Assembly (NCBI RefSeq): GCF_009914755.1
Contig: NC_060925.1
DNA: 64,000 nucleotides
Source: the human T2T-CHM13v2.0 reference genome, Homo sapiens
Reading direction: 5' to 3' (one strand)
In this document: positions 42,301 through 61,699 of the stretch, one piece after another
How the letters are laid out: each line of letters opens with the position of its first letter
How positions within the stretch are numbered: the stretch's first letter is position 1
Notes under the pieces: model-generated
Told to the model about the DNA's origin: nothing
What the model saw: the letters and a program-made list of their open reading frames with translations, nothing else
Database searches by the model: none
Translations under genes and position numbers: made by a program

Positions 42301-43753
42301 ACTTTGTTGATGCTTGATAATACTGATCATAGTAACACTGTGTCTTGTTCCAGTTTTTACATTATCAGCATTCTTTACAGTCCATGGCAATAAATGTTTG
42401 TCAAATGAAAGAATAGGTGTTGTGTTTTTATTTAAATCTTCTAATGCCAGACTCAGCTTGAATTATCAATGAGTAGTGTTTTAAGACCATCACAGATCTT
42501 GGGCTCTTGGACCTGTAATCCTTAATGGATGAAATGGCCCTGCTCTTGATTTGAAAGTGGACTCACTTTATTAGCATTCTAATTTTGATGGTGGAGTTGC
42601 ACTCTCAGGACATATTCAGAACTTCCCACACTCTTCCCTAAATTTCCCTTTCCTTTTTATCTCTGATACTCGGAATAGAAGATAAGCTCCTTTGAGAGCA
42701 GAGCATGTACTTCATTTACTCTTAGATTCCCCCCCAACACTACCAATGTTGTACCAACTTTGTATAGAATAAGAATGTAATCAGTGTTTGTTAATTTAAA
42801 TTAATGGCAGTGTTAAATGCAGCTGCAGTGGAGTGGGTTAAGATTGACCTTGGTGTCAAAAGCCCTGCACTCAAGTCCCAGCTCTACCACTTTCTGACTT
42901 TGGGCAAGTCATCATTGTATTTGCTCACATAGTTAGCATTACTGGGACTCTTCATTCCTTTGTGTGGATCTAGATCTCCATTTGGTATCATTTTACTTTG
43001 CTGAAAGGCTTCCTTTAAATTTTTTTTTAATAGTGAAAGTGTGCTGGTGATTAATTCCTTCAGCATTTGTAGTTTGAGAAAGTTATCTTTATTTTTGAAA
43101 GGTGTTTTTGCTGGTTATAGAATACTTGTTGATAGAGTTTCTTTTTTCCTTTTCAGTACTTTTAAGAATGTTAATCCACTTTCTACTGGCTTGCATTGAT
43201 GAGAAATCTGCAATCATTCTTATCTTTATTCTTCTTCTATATTTACCATGGTTTTTTGTTTGTTTGTTTTTGTTTTTTGTTTTTGTTTTTGTTTTTTTTT
43301 TTGGTCGCTGGCTGCTTTTAAGATTTTTCCTTTGTCCCTATTTTAATTTTTGTTTGCTTTTTAGCAACTTTATTATGTGATCATTGGTGTCTTTTTTCCT
43401 ATATTTTATGCTTGGGGTTTACTGAGATTCTGGATTTGTTGATTTACAATTTTCAACAAACTTGAAAAACTTTTGGCTATTGTTACTTCAAATTTTTTTC
43501 TCCTACTTTGTCCCCTGATCTCTTCTGGGGACTCGAATTGCATTGATATTAGGCCACTTGATATTTTCCAGCAACTCACTGATCCTCCGCTTATTTTTTC
43601 TTATCATTTTTTCGATGTGTTTCATTTTGGGTCATTTATATTGATAGATCTTCAAGTTCACCAGCCTTTTCTTCCATAATGTCTAATCTGCTGTTATCCC
43701 CATCCAGTGATTTTTCATCTTAGGCATTGTAGCTTCCATCTCTAGAAGTTTGA

Positions 43754-44126
<373 letters not shown>

Positions 44127-44799
44127 CAATATTCCTTTTGGTATTTTAAGTATATGAAATATGGTTATCGTAATAGTTTTTATGTTCTTGCCTACTAATT
44201 CTGTCATCTGTGTCAAGTTCTAGGTTGATTTCCACCTATTGATTTTTTTTCTCTTCATCATGGGTCACATGTTCCTGCTTCCTTGAATGTTTGGTAATTT
44301 TTATTATTATTACTATTATTATACTATAAGTTCTAGGGTACATGTGGTGCACAACGTGCAGGCTTGATACATAGGTATACATGTGCCGTGTTGGTTTGCT
44401 GCACCCATCAGCTAGTCATTTACATTAGGTATTTCTCCTAATTCTATCCCTCCCCCAGGCCCCCACCCCCCAACAGGCCCCGGTGTGTGATGTTCCCCAC
44501 CCTGTGTCCAAGTGATCTCATTGTTGAATTCCCACCTATGAGTGAGAACATGTGGTGTTTGGTTTTCTGTCCTTGTGATAGTTTGCTGAGAATGATGGTT
44601 TCTAGCTTCATCCGTGTCCCTGCAAAGGACATAAACGCATCCTTTTTAATGGCTGCGTAGTATTCCATGGTGTATGTGCCACATTTTCTTAATCCAGTCT
44701 ATCACTGATGGACATTTGGGTTTGTTCCAAGTCTTTGCTATTGTGAACAGTGCCCCAGTAGACATACGTGTGCATGTGTCTTTATAGTAGCATGATTTA

Positions 44800-48630
<3,831 letters not shown>

Positions 48631-48694
48631 TATGATGTTAAGCTGGTTATTTTGCCCAATAATTGATGCAGTTTCTTCTTAGCATCGATGGTCT

Positions 48695-49717
48695 TTACAA
48701 TTTGGCCTGTTTTTGCAGTGGCTGGTACCAGTTGTTCCTTTCCATGTTTAGTGCTTCCTTCAGGAGCTCTTGTAAAGCAGGCCTGGTGGTGACAAAATCT
48801 CTCAGCATTTGCTTGTCTGTAGAGGATTTTATTTCTCCTTCACTTATGAAGCTTAGTTTGGCTGGATATGAAATACTGGGTTGAAAATTCTTTTCTTTAA
48901 GAATGTTGAATATTCGCCCCAATCTCTTCTGGCTTGTAGAGTTTCTGCAGAGAGATCTGCTGTTAGTCTGATGAGCTTCCCTTTGTGGGTAACCCAACCT
49001 TTCTCTCTGGCTGCCATTAACATTTTTTCCTTCATTTCAACCTTGTTGAATCTGACAATTATGTGTCTTGGGGTTGCTCTTCTCAAGGAGTATCTTTGTA
49101 GTGTTCTCTGTATTTCCTGAATTTGAATGTTGGCATGCCTTGCTAGGTTGAGGAAGTTCTCCTGGATAATATCCTGCAGTGTTTTCCAGGTTGGTTCCAT
49201 TCTCCCTGTCACTTTCAGGTACACCAATCAAACGTAGATTTGGTCTTTTCACATAGTCCCATATTTCTTGGAGGCTTTGTTCATTTCTTTTTACTCTTTT
49301 TTCTCTAAACTTATCTTCTTGCTTCATTTCATTAATTTGATCTTCCGTCAGTGATACCCTTTCTTCCACTTGATCGAATCAGCTATTGAAGCTTGTGCAT
49401 GTGCCATGAAGTTCTCGTGCCATGGTTTTCAGCTCCATCAGGTCATTTAAGGTCTTCTCTACACTGTTTATTCTAGTTAGCCATGCGTCTAACCTTTTTC
49501 CAAGGTTTTTAGCTTCCTTGCAATGGGTTAGAACATGCTTCTTTAGCTCAGAGAAGTTTGTTATTACCAACCTTCTGAAGCCTACTTCTGTCAACTTGTC
49601 AAAGTCATTCTCCATCCAGCTTTGTTCTGTTGCTGGTGAGGAGCTACGATCCTTTGGAGGAGAAGAGGTGCTCTGACCTTTAGAATTTTCAGCTTTTCCG
49701 CTCTGGTTTCTCCCCAT
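48695..49717 (-). pseudogene. L1 ORF1p, frameshifted or stopped into 4 pieces
   Basis: Fragments 49379-49717, 49037-49369, 48853-49227 and 48695-48997 (YVKRPNLRLIGVPE, ISYPAKLSF). Confidence 0.92.
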
Positions 49718-50297
49718 CTTTGTGGTTTTATCTACCTTTGGTCTTTGATGATGGTGACCTACAGATGGGGTTTTGGTGTAGATGTCCTTTTTGTTGATGT
49801 TGATGCTATTCCTTTCTGTTAGTTAGTTTTCCTTCTAACAGTCAGACCCCTCAGCTGCAGGTCTGTTGGAGTTTGCTGGAGGTCCACTCCAGACCCTGTT
49901 TGCCTGGGTATCACCAGCAGATGCTGCAGAACAGCAAATATTATTGCCTAATCCTTCCTCTGGAAGCTTTGTCCCAGAGGGGCACCCTATTATATGAGGT
50001 GTCTGTCGGCCCCTACTGGGATGTGTCTCCCAGTTAGACTACACAAGGGTCAGGGACCCACTTGAGGAGGCAGTCTGTCCATTCTCAGAGCTCAAATGCC
50101 ATGTTGGGAGAACCACTGCTGTCTTCAGAGCTGTTAGACAGGGACGTTTACATCTGCAGAAGTTGTCTGCTGCCTTTTGTTCAGCTAAGCCCTGCCCATA
50201 GAGGTGGACTCTAGAGGCAGTAGGCCTTGCTGAGTAACAGTGGACTCCACCCAGTTTGAGCTTCACTCAGCTTTGTTTACTTACTCAAGCCTCAGCA

Positions 50298-50447
50298 ATG
50301 GCGGACACCCCTCCCGCAGCCAGGTTGCTGCCTTGCAGTAGGATCTCAGACTGCTGCACTAGCAGTGAGCAAGGCTCTGTGGGCATGGGACCTGTCCAGC
50401 CAGGCACAAGAGAGAATCTCCTTGTCTGCCAGTTGCTAAGACCTTGA
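50298..50447 (+). pseudogene. L1 antisense ORF0 homolog, truncated at 49 codons
   Basis: MADTPPAARLLPCSRISDCC resembles the ORF0 N-terminus; gcaATGg Kozak context; in-frame TGA at 50445-50447. Confidence 0.75.
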
Positions 50448-53229
50448 GAAAAGTGCAGCATTTGGGTAGGAGTGTCCCGTTTTTCTAGGTACAATCTGTC
50501 ACAGCTTCCCTTGGCTAGGAAAGGGAAATCCTCCTACCCCTTGTGCTTCCCGGGTGAGACGACACCCTGCCCTGCTTCAGCTGGCCCTCTGTGGGCTGCA
50601 CCCACTGTCCCACCAGTCACAATGAGATGAGCCAGGTACCTCAGTTAGAAATGCAGAAATCACCCATCTTCTGGGTCTATCACACTGGGAGCTGCAGACC
50701 ATTGCTGTTCTTGTTCTTCCATCTTGGAACCGCATGTTTGGTAATTTTTAAAATTGAATTCTATATATTGAGAATTTTATCTTGTTGCATGCTGGCTTTC
50801 ATTGTACTTATACATATATTTCTATTCTCAAGTTGTTCTGGGACATAGTCAAGTTAATTGGGAACAGTTTGATCCTTTCAGGAATTTCTTTCAAGCTTTG
50901 TTAGACGGGAGGTAAGCCATGCTTAGTTTGGAGCTAATTTTTCCCTTTTACTGAGGCAAGGCCCAGTGGCCCATAAATTATGAGGGTTTCAGTTTTCAGT
51001 CTGGCTGGTGAGTATAGGAATGTTTCCTTGCCTGTGTGAGCTTTAGAGATTGCTCCCTCTAATACTTGCAGGTTTTTCCTTGGCCTCCAGTAGTGTCAAC
51101 ACATGCATGCTATGGTCAGTCTCAGCTGAAAACTCTAAGGGGTTCCTCTGCTGATCGCCAGAATTATCTCGATTTTTACCTCTCTTCCCTGCAGCATTCT
51201 CTATCACACAGCTTGATTTCTTTAAGTCAGGGAGACCAGTGGACTCCACCAGGTTTCCTCATTCCTGCCCTGTAGCCTGGAAACTCTCTCTGTACAGTAA
51301 GCTGGGGCAATCATAGGATTTACCCTGTGTATTTCTTGTGTCTCAGACATCTCTGTCTTTTGTCACCGAATGACAATTGCTTTATGCATTTTGTCCATTG
51401 TTTTAGTTGTTTCAGGTAGGAGGGTAAACCTGGACTCTGTTACTCTATTTGGCTGGAAGTAGAAGTCCTATGCAGCTTCTTTGTGCCTCAATTTTCTCAT
51501 TTTGGAAATAGTGCTCTTAATATCAGTCTGTTCTACATTACCAATTTATTGTTATTTTATGAAATATATAATTCATACATAAATATAAGATCTTATTTGA
51601 ATAGATGAAACGTGCATACAAATAACTGTGAGAGAAGTTATATTAAAATTATATCAGTCATTTGTACTTTAGTGAGCATGTGTTACTAAGATCTTTTACT
51701 AAAACAGATTCAAAGTTGATAGTAGAATTGCAGGTAGCTACCCATTTTTGCCCCAGGCCTTCTCACTCCCCAAAATACAAGTAAGAGATTAGGGATCCAA
51801 TACAGAAGAATGAGTCTAGATGATAGTAGGTTAGTCAAGGAATTATTCCAGATTGCCCTAAAATGTAATGTTAAATGTTTTATCAAAAGTCACTGAATAG
51901 GCTCTGGAGCCTGGTTAGAAAAGGATGCTGCCTCTTTGAGGACATGAAGGCTTGGAAAGAGGGCAACTGCGGCCTGAAAGTATGAGAAGGCAACCTAAAA
52001 AGAGAGAAGAGTAATTCCAAGATCAGGATAAGGAATGGAGAGGAGAGTTTGCTGTCTGGAAAAGCAATAAAACTAGAAGAACTTGGAAAAGATGAAAGAT
52101 TAATGCCTCCAGTACAATCAACGCAAACAATAAATGGGGACTTTGAATTTATAACTAATTTCATCCATATATATAATATTTGTGTATATATATATATATA
52201 TGTTTGTATTCTGAAATCTCATGTGTACTGAGCTATAGAAGTATCTTGGACTTGATATGTGTTGAGGAAGCCTGACTTTAGAGCCTGGAATTTTTGGGGG
52301 TGCGGGGGTGGGATGGTAAAGATTTGCAGGAAAGTACCTTTTGCAGCAAGTACCTCTGTTCTCCATAGGTCTTTCTGATTCATCTTGAGGAATGACAGAA
52401 ATGGAATGGGAAGAAACTTTCTACCTAGTGTCTTCTTAGAGATGCTCATTTTGTCTTGAACTCCACTTTCTATGTGCATGGCAATTATCAAAGGAGTGAC
52501 AGTGCCAGGGCCTTCTTCCAACCCAGTCCTGCCTAAGATCCTAGTGGCATCAAGGGATCAAAATGCATCTTCTCTATGCATTGATGACAATGATTGAATC
52601 TTCAATGCTGTGACAGAGGACTACACCTCAAACTACAGAAGATCCTTGCATTTGGATGTAACATCCACGTTCTTACATTATATTAACAGTGAAAGTCTGA
52701 ATTTCCTGGTTCTTGCCCCACTTGCCTACATAGCTGAGTTTGCCTCCTTTCTGCTTCTCTGCTGATGGTCACTGTGATGATACAACAATCTCTGTCAGTG
52801 ACACAGTCACCAGTCCTGGAGGTACTAGAATGACAGTCTGTGCATACCTGTGCATACCCTCCTCTCTGGACTCTGGCCACATTGGCCTTCTTTCAGTTTC
52901 ATGAACATTCCATGATCACTTCCCATTCTCCCACCCCAAAGGATCTGCACTTGCACTGTTTCCTCCTGCCTGGAGCACTCTTTCCCCCTTTGTGTCTCTT
53001 CCCCACGAAAGGTTCAGAGGGCTAGTTAATATCTCAGCTTTCTTCAGATATCATCTGGATCTTCATTCCCTCAAAGAAACCTTGATTCTCTTCTTCCTCC
53101 TTCTTCCACAAGTCTTGATTAAGTTCTTTTGTTAAAAACTCTCAAAGAACCAATTCTGTAGTACATTTATCCTAGGTTATAAATATATTCTCATTTGTGT
53201 GATTATTTGATTAATTTCACTTTAGTCTA

Positions 53230-53500
53230 TCTCTCAGGCTCATTCGCATTCTACCAGTTAATTTCTGTCTCCTGAGTCCATTCATTCTCTCTAATAATCA
53301 TTTACTATACCTCAAAAGAATTGCCTACATTCTCCATCTCTTCCCATTAGGTTATTGGATAATAATTTTCCTGCTTTTTCACTGTGTGTATGCATGTTAA
53401 TAAGATTGCATGCCTTTTTTCCCTGTTGCTCTGTCTATTGTCAATTAACTTCAACAGAATCAGACTTGAACCTTCAGAGGGAAAATCTGAACTTCCCTCC
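53230..53500 (+). mobile_element. ERV1 LTR fragment (MER34/MER39-like)
   Basis: gcatgttaataa...tgcctttttccctgtt...gaaccttcagaggg 3'-LTR-like text; subfamily uncertain. Confidence 0.45.
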
Positions 53501-53771
53501 AGTGGAAAGAAGGAATGGAAGAGTGGAGTACAATGCATTCCCTCACCTCTCTCCTCTCTACTACATAGGTACACCTAAGCAGCATTCCCTATGCCTCAGG
53601 GACACCTCCTTAAATAGCTCTTTCAAATTTTTTTGCCTATAGTGCCAAACTCCAAAGACTAAAAATCCAGCCGCTTGAGCTGGCTTGGGGATAGGATACA
53701 TTTTCTATCTTGCTCAACTTTGGCCTCAGGCATCCTTAATCAGTTAATCATTCCAGGAAATAGATACTTGA

Positions 53772-55948
53772 TGATATGGTTTGGCTCTGTGTCCCCACCC
53801 AAATCTCGTTTCAAATTGCAATGCCCATGTGTTGGAGGAGGGGCCTGGTGGGAGGTAATTGAATCATGGGGGTGGACTTACCCCTTGCTGTTCTCATGAT
53901 AGTGAATTAGTTTTCATGAGATCTGGTTGTTTAAAAGTGTGTAGTGCTTTCTTCTTCATTCTGTCTCTCTCCTGACATCATGTGAAGGTGTTTCACCCTT
54001 TCACCTTCCACCATGATTGTAAGTTTCCTGAGGCTTCCCAGTCATGCTTCCTGTTAAGCATAACTATGAGTCAATTAACCCTCTTTTCCTCATAAATCAT
54101 CCAGTCTCAGGTAGTTCTTTATAGTAGTGTGAAAGTGGACTATTACAGTAAATTGGTACCAGGAGTGGGACACTGCTATAAAGATACCTGAAAATGTGGA
54201 AGAGACTTTGGAACTTGTTAAGAGGCAGAGGTTGGAACAGTTTGGAGGGCTCAAAAAAAGACAAGAAGATGTGGGAAAGTTTGGAACTTCCTAGAGACTT
54301 GTTGAATAATTTTGACCAAAATGCTGATAGTAATATGGATAATGAAGTCCAGGCTGAGGTGGTCTCAGATGGAGATGAGGACCTTGTTAGGAATTGGAAT
54401 AAAGGTGACCCTTGCTATGTTTTAGCAAAGAGACTGCCCCTGCCCTAGAGATTGGAATTTTGAACTTAAGAGAAAAGATTTAGGGCGTCTGGTGGAAGAA
54501 ATTTCTAAGCATTCAAGAGGTGACTTGACTGCTGTTAAAAGCATTCAGTTTTATGTATTCACAAAGATATGGTTTGGAATTGGAACTTATATTTAAAAGG
54601 GAAACAGAGCATAAAAGTTCCAAAAATTTGCAGCCCGACAATGTGATAGAAAAGAAAAACCAATTTTCTGAGGAGAAATTCAAGCTGGCTGCAGAAATTT
54701 TGTAAGTAATGAGGAACCAAATGTTAATTGCCAAAACAATGGAAAAAATGTCTCCAGGGCATGTCAGAGGTCTTCACAGCAGCCCCTCCCATCACAGAAC
54801 CAAAGGCCTAGGACACAGGGCACCAGGGCCTTTCTACTTTGTGTGGTCTTGGGGCTTGGTGCCCTGTGTCCCAGCTGTGGCTAAAAGGGACCAAGTTACA
54901 TCTCAGGCCATGACTTCAGAGGGTGCAAGCCCCAAACTTTGGCAGCTACCACAAGGTGTTGGGTCTGCAGGTACACAGATGTCAAGAGTTGAGGTTTAGG
55001 AATCTCCACCTAGATTTCAGAGGATGTATGGTAATGCCTGGATGTCCAGGCAGAAGTTTGCTGCAAAGGCAGAGCCCTCCTGGAGAACCTCTGCTAGAGC
55101 AGTGCAGAAGGGAAATGTGGGGTTGGACCTTCCACACAGAGTCCCCACTGGGCACTGCCTAGTGAAGCTTTGAGAAGCAGGCCATTGTCCTCCAGAACCC
55201 AGAATGGTGGATCCAACAACAGCTTGCACCATGCTCCTGGAAAAGCCACAGACACTCAATGACAGCCTGTGCAAACTGCTGCCAGGGCTGTATCCTGCAG
55301 AGCAACAGGTGTAGAGCTGCCTAAGGCCTTGGGAGCCCACCCCTTGTATCATTGTGGCCTAGATGTGAGACATGAAGTCAAAGGAGATCATTTTGATGCT
55401 TTAAGATTTAATGACTGTCCTGCTGGATTTTGGATTTGCAGGGGGCCTGTAGCCACTTTGTTTTGTCCAATTTCTCCCATTTAGAATGGGAGCATTTATG
55501 CAATGCCTGTACCCTCATTGTATCTTGAAAGTAACTAACTTGTTTTTGATTTTACAGGCTCATAAGCAGAAGGGACTTGCCTTGTCTCAGATGAGACTTT
55601 GGACTTGGATTTTTGAATTAATGCTGGAATGAGTTAAGACTTTGGGGGACTGTTGGGAAGGCATGATTGTATTTTGAAATGTGAGAAGGACATGAGATTT
55701 GGGAGCGGCTAGGGGCAGGATGATATGGTTTGGCTTTGTGCCCCGACCAACATCTCACGTTGATGTGTAATCCCCATGTGTTGGAGGAGTGGCCTGGTGG
55801 GAGATGACTGAATCATGGGAGTGGACTTCCTCTTTGCTATTCTCATGACAGTGAATGACTTCTCACAAAAGCTGGTTGTTTAAAAGTGTGTAGCACTTTC
55901 CCCTTCACTCTCTCTGTCTCCCTCCTGCCACCATGTTAAGAAGGTGTT
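53772..55948 (+). mobile_element. MSTA/THE1D-type MaLR: 5' LTR (53772-54147), internal region, truncated 3' LTR (55721-~55948)
   Basis: Both LTRs start tgatatggtttggct; internal start gtaaattggtacc; purine tract aggggcagga before the second LTR. Confidence 0.9.
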
Positions 55949-56099
55949 TCTAATTGTGTTGTAGTCCTTTGAATCTTTCAAAATATAATCTAAAGTCCTT
56001 CAATCTCTAAACTATTATATTAAGTTTAGAAACAGCAACACAAAAAGGCTTGAATGTCATATTAATGACAGATAGAAATCAAGGATTTGTGTTGCCTGT

Positions 56100-56380
56100 T
56101 GTGCATTTACTAACTGGGTGCCAGATGTAAACAGAATTGACTCTTCCCCTCCCTGCTCCCTTTATCTTGCAGCATGTGGATTACCATACCCTCCCTTTTT
56201 CCCCTCCAGTCCACTTTTCCCCGCTAAATATCAAAGCCCTCAAAATCATCTTGGGAGAAAGGCACAAAGTACAGACTGTTTCTCCGTTTCCAGGTTCTTG
56301 TCTTCCAGGCATGTCCTTAACCTTGGCAAAATAAGCTTCCAAATTGATTGAGAACTGTCTCAGATAGTTTTTGGTTTACA
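56100..56380 (+). mobile_element. MER4-group LTR 3' fragment
   Basis: ggcatgtccttaaccttggcaaaataa...gattgagaactgtctcagata...tttaca end. Confidence 0.65.
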
Positions 56381-57907
56381 TACTTCTAGGCCTATTTTGC
56401 ATCTGTTACAATGCCTAAACCATATAACATATGGAATTCCAATAAAAGGTTCATGGGATCCTAGGAGGCCCATGAGCAGGTTTCAGGAGGTATATGTATC
56501 CTCAAAACTGAATACACAGCTTAGAAGTTCAGAGGGTTTGTAGCTTTCATTAGATTCTTGTTGGATTCAGTGACCATAGCAGGTTTTGAGGCACAATGGT
56601 TGAAGGGAAGAACTTCAACTTGAGATGAGAAAGCTCTCTGATTATGAGACTTCCAAGGCAACAGCTCAGATCAATAAATTTAAGAATGTGATTCTATCAG
56701 AGCCCTTCGTGTTGAGCAGAGTTTCAGACCAACTCACATGATATTAGTATACACACCAAAACAGCCACCATGTTCAGTGGTGTGAGGGTGGAGCTTGCCC
56801 ATCTAGTGACCACGCACCAGTTTCCCTCTCCTGTACTGCCTGGCTGGGGTGCCTGAGCAGCATTTCCCTGCAGACAGGGAGCCCTTAAACCATTTTGTAG
56901 CCTTGCCTGTTTTCTCCTTTTGCCACAAGACTTAAAGACAATGGTAACTGGTGGGAAACAGATCACCCAGCAGCTCTTTACTGGCATCAGGATATCTGGA
57001 AAACAACCACTCAGAAGCGTGGCAAAGAAAGGGAGTTGTAGAATCAGGAGGCATGTTTTTGTACAGACTATGATAACATCTGATGAATTCCCTCTGTACC
57101 ACATCAAAGTAGAACTCACTAATGACCACAAGACCCCTGTCTGCCACACGCACGATCTTCCTTTCTTTCTCTTGGAACAGTGCTGAGTAAAAGCCAAGAC
57201 TTTCCTTGGCTCATTTTTGTTGAATATGCCAACCAGCCCTTTCTATTAATATATTCTTTCCGAAGAAAAAAATTATAATTCATTATGTTACAGGATTTTT
57301 TAATGTTCAATTATATTTTTATGAAATAGTCTCTTTTGTTCTGGTGTCTCCTCAAACCCTTTTTCGGCATCTGCCTTCTCTCAGGATAGGTGACTTTCTT
57401 GGATGGTTAACTTCCTTCATGATTCATTGATTCTTAGTTTTCACTATCAGAGAGTTGCCTTTTCAAGTTATAGGTGTGTCTTATCCTGTCTTTTCATGTG
57501 CCCCACAAGGGAATCACCTCCCCGCTCACCATGATCATCGTCATTGTGATAATGAAAACATGAAAACACTGTGAAATGTAGCTTCTGTGTTAAGGTAGAG
57601 TGCTCTGTAAAAACCTTAGTATTAGTCCCCTCCTTATAATTAACCCATCAATTGTTTCTCATCTACTTAGAATTAAATCTAAACTTCTTCACCATGGTGG
57701 AGTAGTCAATGTTGGTGTTCCTTGCCTGTCCTCCAATCCCCATTTCCCTTCTTTCAGCTCAGCACCCTGAATTTTCCTCTGGGGACCCACTTTTCTTACA
57801 ATTTTAGTGTATACTTCAGATAGATGAATTCTTTCCTCAGATCTGAAGTGGTTGCTTTATTCAGGACTGACAAATCTGCATATTCATCCTCCTGGGCACT
57901 GTGACTA

Positions 57908-58263
<356 letters not shown>

Positions 58264-58459
58264 CTATGTGGCTGAATTTTATATTCTTTACTAACTTGTG
58301 ACATTCTTGCCACATTTTGCCTTTCTGGAAATGAAGCAAGCCAGAGGAAAACAGACAGGTGAGAGAGACATGGATTGCCAGTGACACTATCTGAGCACGT
58401 TTTTGTCCACACTTGATCTTTTTGGACAACTGAGCCAATACATTCCCTTTTTTCCTTGA

Positions 58460-60407
<1,948 letters not shown>

Positions 60408-60912
60408 GTACTGAAGGATGGGGCTGCCTTGCCCTCCCCAGCAAAAAAAAAAAAAAAAAAAAAAAAAGTTAATTCTTCCGTGATTTTTGTGCCGTTTATG
60501 TTTTTAGCTTTTACATTTCACATGTAAATTATTTGAAATTTGTCTTGGCATAAAATTCAGATTTGACTTTATTTTCTAGATGACTGTCCACTTGTTCAAA
60601 CAATATTTATTGAATGATTCTCTATGGAGTGTATTTATGGTAATAGCCAAATGTAAGGAATTGTCGACGGGGAGAAAAGTGAAGTTTAATCAAGATTGTC
60701 AGTGAAGATATGCTTGGCTAAGCCATTTCTTTTTGTCCTCTTCTCCCTCCTTTCCTTTCTTCTGCTTTCTTCCCCTCTCATTCTCTTCTGTTCTTTGTTT
60801 TTCTCTTTTTGTCGTATTCATATGTAACTTGATTCATTCTCTTTGGGGATAGAAACATTTTTAAATTTTCTTACGAATTAAAAAATTCTTTAAATTTGTA
60901 AAAAAAAAAAAA
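60408..60912 (+). other. Candidate L1 3'-transduced sequence (two segments, each ending in poly(A))
   Basis: 35 nt + A25, then ~430 nt with ATTAAA (60877-60882) + A13, then the second TSD copy; the host L2 resumes only after 60912. Confidence 0.7.
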
Positions 60913-61642
60913 GTTCCCTCTGAGTAGGGACTACATGTGACTTGTTCAGCATTGTTATTCCAGTGCCTGGCACATAGTCAGTACTATAGAAATATTTGGG
61001 CAGGTTTCTTGAATGTGCCACACTTGTTCTGTTTTTCCTTCTGCCTCGAATTCTCTTTTTCTTTAATTCTTTGCATAGCCAGTTTCTTCTTATTTCAGTC
61101 TCAACCCAAGCTCCACCTTTTCAGGAAGGCCTTTCCTCATCATAAAGTCTATGATTCCTCTCCCCTAACCTGTCTTTCACATCATCTGGTTTTACATTAT
61201 TTATTATATATGCCCTGAGATTATCCAGTTCAATTTTTTGTTTATTTATTTATTTTCTATCCTCAAACGCAATGTAAGCTCCATGAGAGCAGAGACGGTC
61301 TTAATCAAAGCTTCATTTCCAACCCCCTCAGCAGTGCCTGACACATTACAGTTTCAATAAATATACACTGATTGAGTGGATGAATGAAGGAAAGTCAAGC
61401 ACTAGAGATTACACTCACTTGTATGCTTTGCCTTATTTAATCCCTACAAAAGCCTTATGAAGTAAGCACTATCATACTATTCATTCCATATTACATAGGA
61501 GAAAACTAAGTCTTAGGGGGGCAATGTAATTTGCCCAAAATCACATTGTTCATAACTTGAGAAGCTGAAATTCAAATCAAGATATGCCTGTTTTACGGAT
61601 GACAGTTCATTTTCTGCATCTTAAAATATCATTTTATTTCTT

Positions 61643-61699
61643 TTTTTATTATACTTTAAGTTCTAGGGTACATGTGCACGACATGCAGGTTTGTTACAT
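61643..61699 (-). mobile_element. Extremely 5'-truncated L1PA 3' end (~57 bp)
   Basis: ttattatactttaagttctagggtacatgtgcac...gttacat; 12-bp TSD ATTTTATTTCTT at 61631-61642 and 61700-61711. Confidence 0.85.

Noticed and set aside
56724-57197. 157-aa ORF and overlapping ORFs in unique sequence as a processed pseudogene or exon
   Set aside because: No recognisable protein similarity, poly(A) tail or TSD.
60410-60440. Resemblance of the 35-nt tag to an ERVK LTR terminus (tgaagg...ctgcc...ccctcc)
   Set aside because: Too short and divergent to assign by eye.
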